DNA of 64,000 nt from Candidatus Latescibacterota bacterium (GTDB lineage Bacteria > Latescibacterota > UBA2968 > UBA8231), in assembly GCA_965206595.1 (NCBI GenBank), contig OZ242214.1:3104001-3168000 (forward strand). Reading direction: 5' to 3'. The notes beneath the pieces were generated by a model that saw only the letters and a program-made list of their open reading frames with translations, searched no databases and was not told the origin of the DNA. Below, piece after piece: positions 58,424 through 64,000 of the stretch. Each line of letters opens with the position of its first letter. Positions within the stretch are counted from its first letter, which is position 1. The translations under genes were made by a program, and so were the position numbers.

Positions 58424-59416
58424 TTAGAACAGGTCCTCGAAGGCCACCGGCGGCGACCCGGAACCGGCCCTGATAAAAGAGATGAGGTCGAGGAGCTGCT
58501 GCACCGTGTAGCGGCTGGCGTAGGTATCCGGCATGGCGGAACGGGAGGTCTGCTGCTGGCTGAGGATCCGGTCCTTGCGGATGTTCCGGCGCACCGGCGG
58601 AAAGCCGGTGACGTCGAACAGCTTGACGCGGGTGCCGGTCTCCCCGAGGCGGAGGACTTCCAGGGTGTCCCCCGCGGTCGTCACCAGCTCGATGACGCGG
58701 CCGTCGGGAATAACGAAGAGGTCCGGGGTCAGGATCTCCCGCAGCAGCATCCGGGGCGGTGCCGAGGCCAGCAGTCCGAGCTCCGGGCCGACCGCGGTTC
58801 CCCTGCCGCCGATCGCGTGGCAGTGGGCGCAGCCGTGGTCGTCGCCGGAGTCGAAGAAGAGGGAGCGCCCCCTGCGGGGGTCCCCGACGAGGCCGGAAGT
58901 TCCGCCGGGGACCGGAGCCGGTTCGGTGGCCTTGCGTGCCCTGCGGACATCCGCCGCGGAGAATCTGCCGCCCCCGAACACCGGGTCCGGATCCCCGGGG
59001 GCCAGGTCCGCCAGCACCTGAATGAACGAGACGATGGAGGCGATCTCATCCTCGCTCAGCCGGTCCCCCCAGCTGCCCATGGTCGAGTTGGGGATGCCGT
59101 CCCTGATCACCCGGCCGAGGTAGTCGGGGGGCAGCTTCCTGCCGCGCAGCCGCGGCCCCCTGCCGGCGCGCCCCCCCTTGCCGTGGCAGTACCCGACCGA
59201 GCAGTTGCGGGCGAACAGCACCTGGCCCTGGAAGAGGACGGAATCGCGGTCAGTCGCGGAACCCGCTGCGAGATTGGAAGGCTCTTCGACCGTTCTTGGC
59301 GAACCCGCAGGGTTCGAAGCGGTCTCCCCGGCTACGGGCGCAGCAGCGAGAAATCCGCTGCAGACCAGAAGAACGGCGAGCATCCGGCGGCAGTGCACGG
59401 TCACGGCTCGGTCCAT
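58424..59416 (-). CDS. Periplasmic diheme c-type cytochrome
   Basis: Signal peptide, CSVGYCH (CX4CH), GDPRRG..CAHCH..G..VGPEL, SAMP. Confidence 0.8.
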   Translation of the reverse strand: MDRAVTVHCRRMLAVLLVCSGFLAAAPVAGETASNPAGSPRTVEEPSNLAAGSATDRDSVLFQGQVLFARNCSVGYCHGKGGRAGRGPRLRGRKLPPDYLGRVIRDGIPNSTMGSWGDRLSEDEIASIVSFIQVLADLAPGDPDPVFGGGRFSAADVRRARKATEPAPVPGGTSGLVGDPRRGRSLFFDSGDDHGCAHCHAIGGRGTAVGPELGLLASAPPRMLLREILTPDLFVIPDGRVIELVTTAGDTLEVLRLGETGTRVKLFDVTGFPPVRRNIRKDRILSQQQTSRSAMPDTYASRYTVQQLLDLISFIRAGSGSPPVAFEDLF

Positions 59417-59642
59417 CTCCGGATCGGCACCGCCCTTCCCTTGTTTTGGCGACCTGGAGCGTCGCCCTTAAAAGCTTCCTGGAGGTTGCGACCGGCTTTC
59501 CGCGGACTTGGCCCCTGGGCTGGCCGGCTCCTCTGCTTCTCCGCCCTCGGGCGCCCCGATCTTCGCCCGGCCCCCTTCAAGACGGTTTCCACCACGAGTT
59601 GCCGGAAACGCGGGAACGGGCGCCGCCCCGGTAGGCAGCCAC

Positions 59643-61322
59643 CTACTTCAGGGAGAAGACGAAGAGCGCCCCACCGCCGGGGAAGTCCTCCATCTCCGGC
59701 CAGATCTGCGGCAGCAGACCGCCGACCGCGGAGCCCCAGCCGGACGGCACGGCGATGTACTGGGTCCCGTCCACGGCGTAGGTGATCGGCGAGCCGCGGT
59801 GGCCGGAGCCGGTGTTGAAGCTCCACAGCACCTCGCCGCTCTCGGCGTCGAAGGCGAGGAACCGCCCCTCCGGGTCGCCGGTGAACACCAGGTTGCCCCC
59901 GGTGGCGAGCGAAGAGGCCAGCAGCGCGTACTTCGACCGGTAACTCCACTTCTTCTCCCCGGTGACCGGGTCGTAGGCGTCGAAGTGGCTGTACGGTTCC
60001 CCGTCCGGCGGGGGCTTCAGCTCCAACTCGGCGGCGATCCACTCGTCGCCCATCTCCACCTCCTGCTTCTCGGCGGTCACCTCCTGGCAGAACTCGAGGC
60101 CGGTCTGGTACAACAGCCCGGTCTTCGGGCTGTAGGCGGCGTGGTTCCAGCTCCTCCCCCCGCAGATGGAAGGGCAGAGGTAGACAGGTTCGTTCGGCGG
60201 CGGCTCGTTCCGTCCCTGCAACTCGCCGTTCGGCCCGACCCCGGTGATCCAGGTGATGTTGTCGGCGTGCGGCCAGGCGCCGATGAACTCGCCGTTGGTG
60301 CGGTCGAGGACGTAGGTGTAGCCCCCCTTGTTCGGGTTGATCAGCAGCTTGCGCATCTCCCCCTCCACCGGCAGGTCGACGAGAATCTGCTCGTACGCCG
60401 CGTCCCAGTCCCAGACGTCGTAGGGAATTTCCTGGAAGTGCCACTTCCGCTTCCCGGTATCCGGGTCGAGGGCGATCATGCAGTTGGTGTAGAGGTTCAG
60501 GCCGCGGCGGTCCTCGCCGTAGAAATCGGAGGAGGGGTTGCCGATGCCCCAGTAGAGCAGGTCGAGCTCCGGGTCGTAGGAGCCGGTCAGCCAGGTCGAG
60601 CCGCCCCCCAGCTTCCAGCTGTCCCCGAGCCAGGTTTCGTTCCCCTCCTCCCCTTCGCCCGGGATCGTGTAGAAGCGCCAGGCATGCCTGCCGGTCTCGG
60701 CGTCGTAGGCGTTGATGTACCCCCGGTGCGCGGAATCCCCCGCGGTCACCCCGACCACCACTTTGTCCTTCACCACCAGCGGCGCCCCGGTGATGTTGCA
60801 GCCGCACTCCTGCCAGTCCTCGATGGTGACGTCCCACACCAGCTCGCCGGTCTCGGCGTCGAGTGCTACCAGGTGGTTGTCTATGGTGCCCATGAAGACC
60901 AGTCCGTGGCCGAGGGCGACGCCGCGGTTCCAGGGGCCGTAGAGGAGTCCGAAGTCCTCCGGCTTGGGGTGGTAGTAGTGCCACAGCTCCTCGCCGGTGA
61001 CCGCGTCGATGGCGAACACCCGGTTCCAGGAGGAGGTGATGTACATGACCCCGTCGGCCACCAGCGGGGTACAGGAGAAGCCGCCGTCGACGACCCCGGT
61101 CTGAAACACCCAGGCCGCGGACAAGTCGGCGACGTTGTCGCGGTTGACCTGGTCGAGGGGGCTGTAGCGCCAGGCGTTGTAGGTACCGCCGTAGGTGAGC
61201 CAGTTCTCGGGTTCGCCGGCGGCGTTGACGAGGCGCTGGGCGTTGATTTCGCTCGCCTCCGGCGGCGCGGCTGCTATCAGCGCGAGGGCGGCGAGGGCGG
61301 CGGGGAGTCTTCCCGTTTTCAT
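59643..61322 (-). CDS. PQQ-dependent dehydrogenase (methanol/ethanol family)
   Basis: Signal peptide, NWLTYGG..RYSPLDQVN, TPLV.DG.MY, NRGVA, YDPEL.L.YWG.GNP, WHFQ..P.D.WDWD, PITY..DG.QY. Confidence 0.9.
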   Translation of the reverse strand: MKTGRLPAALAALALIAAAPPEASEINAQRLVNAAGEPENWLTYGGTYNAWRYSPLDQVNRDNVADLSAAWVFQTGVVDGGFSCTPLVADGVMYITSSWNRVFAIDAVTGEELWHYYHPKPEDFGLLYGPWNRGVALGHGLVFMGTIDNHLVALDAETGELVWDVTIEDWQECGCNITGAPLVVKDKVVVGVTAGDSAHRGYINAYDAETGRHAWRFYTIPGEGEEGNETWLGDSWKLGGGSTWLTGSYDPELDLLYWGIGNPSSDFYGEDRRGLNLYTNCMIALDPDTGKRKWHFQEIPYDVWDWDAAYEQILVDLPVEGEMRKLLINPNKGGYTYVLDRTNGEFIGAWPHADNITWITGVGPNGELQGRNEPPPNEPVYLCPSICGGRSWNHAAYSPKTGLLYQTGLEFCQEVTAEKQEVEMGDEWIAAELELKPPPDGEPYSHFDAYDPVTGEKKWSYRSKYALLASSLATGGNLVFTGDPEGRFLAFDAESGEVLWSFNTGSGHRGSPITYAVDGTQYIAVPSGWGSAVGGLLPQIWPEMEDFPGGGALFVFSLK

Positions 61323-61613
61323 GGCCTTGCTCCGTTTGCAGGGTGGTTGGCGGAACGGTCTCGACAAAAGCTGTTCGAGCGGGCCCTAACTAATCCCCTA
61401 TCGGATGGCGGCGCAATCGGGGCGCGGTGCTTCCCCGGAGATTCTCATTGCCCTCGCCCGCTCACGGTTTCCTGTTGCCGGCCTCCCCTTGGAATGCAAC
61501 TCCCCGGGGGCGCAACAGCCGTTGTCGGCGGCTGCATTCGGGGCGGCCCTGCCCCTGGTTCGCACCTGCCGCGCCTGCCGCAAGCAACCCCGTCCGGGTG
61601 AGGGCAGGTTCTG

Positions 61614-61642
61614 TTGACGGGGCCCGGACGCCCCCCTAAGCT
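61614..61642 (+). promoter_or_regulatory. Sigma70-like promoter of the transaldolase-like gene
   Basis: TTGACG-17 nt-TAAGCT; GGAGG precedes the ATG at 61708. Confidence 0.5.
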
Positions 61643-61707
61643 ACCGGCCGCAAGGTGATGAAAAGGCCCCGCCCCAGGCGCGGCGAACCAATTCGGGAGG
61701 ACTCGAA

Positions 61708-62466
61708 ATGGCAGTGGAACGAGACAGTGCAGCAGACGACGTGCAGCCCGGTCCGGTAACTGAAGCCCGGCGCCGCGGCCGCGGCCCCCTGATCTGGCTG
61801 GCCGGGGACCCGGAGGACCTGAAGGAGTGGATGCCCCTCGGCATCGCCGGCATCGTCACCAACACGGTTGTGCTCAACCAGATGGTCAAGAAGTACGGCC
61901 CGGTGATCGACGTCGTGAAGGCCTACCTCGACATCACCGACAAGCCGCTGGTGGTCGAAATCGACGGCCACAGCGTCGAGGAGCTGCTCGACGTCGGCCG
62001 CGTCTTCACCGCCATGTCGGACCAGATCATCCTCAAGATTCCCTGCACCGTGAACGGCCTCAAGGCGTTCGCCGCCTTCCGCGACGAAGGGGTGGAAACC
62101 TACTGCACCACCTGCTTCTCGCTGACCCAGGCCGCGGCCGTCGCCCAGGCCGGCGTCAACCACATCCTGCCGTTCTGCGACCCGGTGAAAGCGGTCGGAG
62201 GGGACCCCACCAAGCTCATCCGCGAGTGCGTGCGGATGTTCGGCGGCTGGGAGCAGCGCCCCTTCATCCAGGCCGCCCTGATCCGCTCGGTGGATACCGC
62301 GTACGCCGCCTTCCGCGACGGCTGCGACGAGCTGGTCACCATGTGGACGGTCTACCGCGACATGATGGAGCACCCCCTCACGGACCAGTGGAACCAGACC
62401 TTCATGGACGAGTGGGTCGACATGCACGAGAACGGCATGCTCGAGGGGCTGCCTGTGCGCCTGTAG
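61708..62466 (+). CDS. Transaldolase/FSA-family protein (divergent)
   Basis: GIVTN, ILKIPCT..GL.A, T.CFSLTQA, IR, HPLTD. Confidence 0.8.
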   Translation: MAVERDSAADDVQPGPVTEARRRGRGPLIWLAGDPEDLKEWMPLGIAGIVTNTVVLNQMVKKYGPVIDVVKAYLDITDKPLVVEIDGHSVEELLDVGRVFTAMSDQIILKIPCTVNGLKAFAAFRDEGVETYCTTCFSLTQAAAVAQAGVNHILPFCDPVKAVGGDPTKLIRECVRMFGGWEQRPFIQAALIRSVDTAYAAFRDGCDELVTMWTVYRDMMEHPLTDQWNQTFMDEWVDMHENGMLEGLPVRL

Positions 62467-62593
62467 CCGGATCCTGCACCGGGATAGCAGGGAGTTCCCA
62501 TGGAATGGCGCGATATCGCCAGGCTTATCGAGGCGGGTGAGGACGGGAAGACCGAATTCAAATGGTTGGCTGAAAGCTGAAGGGAGGCTATCG

Positions 62594-63034
62594 ATGGCGA
62601 GCCGACATGCCGACTGGCTGAAACAGGGCAAGCGAGACCTGGACCACGGACGCCGCTCGCTCAATGGGGGCGACTATGAGTGGGCCTGCTTTGCCGCCCA
62701 GCAAGGGGCGGAAAAAGCCGTCAAGGCGGTTATAGAGAAGGCCGGTGGCACGGCATGGGGACATTCTGTTACGGCGCTGCTTGAATCCTTGCCCGAGTCC
62801 CTGCGGCCCGATCAACTGCTGTTGGACGCCGCCAAGGCGTTGGACAAACACTATATCCCTGCTCGCTACCCTAATTCGCATCCGCAAGGAGCCCCTTATG
62901 AATACTACACGCGAGCTGAGGCACAGTGTGCGCTCGACCACGCCGGCCGGGTCATCGGCTTCTGTGAAGGTGTTCTGGCTGGACCGCCCGTGCCTCATGG
63001 AGCGCCTGAGGAATGCCGCCCGGACGCTCAGTGA
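62594..63034 (+). CDS. HEPN-domain protein
   Basis: DW..Q..RDL, YEWACFAAQQGAEKAVKA, WGHSV, LDKHYIPARYPN. Confidence 0.9.
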   Translation: MASRHADWLKQGKRDLDHGRRSLNGGDYEWACFAAQQGAEKAVKAVIEKAGGTAWGHSVTALLESLPESLRPDQLLLDAAKALDKHYIPARYPNSHPQGAPYEYYTRAEAQCALDHAGRVIGFCEGVLAGPPVPHGAPEECRPDAQ

Positions 63035-63332
63035 ACGCCACCCCGAGATCGAGCGAATCGTGCTGTTTGGTTCGCTGGCGCGAGGGGATGCCGTGCCGGG
63101 CAGCGATGCCGATCTGCTGATCGTCGTCAGCCACAGCGCCGAGGCTTTTCTGGAACGGACGGTGCGCTACCGCCCAACTGGTGTGGACGTGGGAGTCGAC
63201 GTGGTGGCATACACGAGAGAGGAACTGGCCGCGCTGCTGAAGGCGGGCAGTTCCTTTGTGCGACAGGCATTGCGGGAAGGGGTGGTGCTGGTCGGCGAAC
63301 CGGCAGGCGCACCGACCCTGCCACCAGAATAG
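62928..63332 (+). CDS. Minimal nucleotidyltransferase (MNT); start uncertain
   Basis: VLFGSLARGDAVPGSDADLLIV, VDVVAYT.EE. Confidence 0.85.
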   Translation: MRSTTPAGSSASVKVFWLDRPCLMERLRNAARTLSERHPEIERIVLFGSLARGDAVPGSDADLLIVVSHSAEAFLERTVRYRPTGVDVGVDVVAYTREELAALLKAGSSFVRQALREGVVLVGEPAGAPTLPPE

Positions 63333-63519
63333 CCGGATGCGTTCGCCCCCCTGCCGGCCACGTGGCCACAGACTTGCCGGCAAGACGTCGAGGTGGATTA
63401 CTCTCAACACCCGGTCACCCTGAGCAGCCCTCATCAACTTCAGCACCCTGTCGACGACTGGAAGTGATGGAGGAGATTCACGCGCCTCCGCCGCGGAACC
63501 AGAAACCACGAAGACGGAC

Positions 63520-64000
63520 ATGTTCAGAATTCGTCCTGACGACGCCGAGCAAAAGGCCCGGGCCTTCGGCGGCAGCCGCCTCGAGGAGATCCTGGAGGCG
63601 ATGGACCGGGACGGCCTCGTCGTGCTCGAGGACGTGGTGAACCCCGAGCACGTGGAAAAGCTCGGGGGGCGGATGAGGGCGGACATGGACGAGGTGAGGG
63701 CTCGGCGCCCGATCGGCGAGGAGTCGTCGAACGAGAGCCTGCCTCCGCCGTTGAACCACCCCTGGCTCTTCCGCGACGTCTGCTACAACGAGTTCGCGAT
63801 TCAGGTCGCCCACGCCATCCTCGGGGACGGGCTCTACTGGAACTTCTACAGCTCCAACACCGTGCATCCCCGCGAAACCCGGAAGCAGAACATCCATCAG
63901 GACGCCAGGCCCCTGTTCGTCGGGGAGACCGACAAGCCGCTGCCCCCGCACAACCTCGTTATCAACATCCCCCTGACCGACTTCACCGAGGCCAACGGCG
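63520..64000 (+). CDS. PhyH-family dioxygenase, 3' end outside the window
   Basis: MFRIRPDD..RDGLVVLEDVV..NIHQD..VINIPLTDFTEANG; frame open to the window end. Confidence 0.8.
   Translation, partial: MFRIRPDDAEQKARAFGGSRLEEILEAMDRDGLVVLEDVVNPEHVEKLGGRMRADMDEVRARRPIGEESSNESLPPPLNHPWLFRDVCYNEFAIQVAHAILGDGLYWNFYSSNTVHPRETRKQNIHQDARPLFVGETDKPLPPHNLVINIPLTDFTEANG

Noticed and set aside
1-64000. Many long alternative-frame ORFs (e.g. 1235-3151, 23424-25049, 34148-36157, 51487-54261, 57602-59785, 59508-61601)
   Set aside because: They are antisense or shifted shadows of well-supported genes, with Arg/Gly/Pro-rich translations typical of high-GC DNA
1-64000. CRISPR array, tRNA, rRNA or integrase
   Set aside because: No regularly spaced repeats, cloverleaf/T-loop signatures or recombinase motifs were seen by eye; a tRNAscan/Infernal run would be needed to exclude small RNAs

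Overview
GC-rich bacterial DNA. The gene content (many PhyH-family dioxygenases, enolase-superfamily dehydratases, PKD and ASPIC/UnbV proteins, a FlgD-Ig tail remnant) resembles Latescibacterota/Poribacteria-type symbionts; this is an inference. Catabolic genes are interrupted by three accessory blocks. (1) An archaeal-style nurA-herA-sbcD(mre11)-sbcC(rad50) operon at 3.2-10.4 kb. (2) mcrB next to an internally deleted mcrC at 20.3-22.5 kb. (3) A ~17.5 kb defence island at 27.3-44.9 kb. The island opens with a coupled operon of an AAA_14/DUF4143 ATPase, a 1361-aa STAND/NACHT NTPase with a C-terminal PD-(D/E)XK nuclease, and a type IIG-like R-M enzyme, behind a palindromic operator. It continues with a CdnE-Cap15 CBASS, an IS91-like remnant, a Dsr1-like sirtuin broken by one amber codon, a DUF433/PIN toxin-antitoxin pair and an hsdR stub. 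The best candidates for undescribed biology are the ATPase/STAND-nuclease/IIG operon, a single-chain three-domain Rid protein, and PhyH enzymes lacking the facial-triad carboxylate. Several gene-collapsing deletion scars are also visible. No CRISPR array, tRNA or rRNA was seen. All family calls come from reading motifs by eye, not from database searches.
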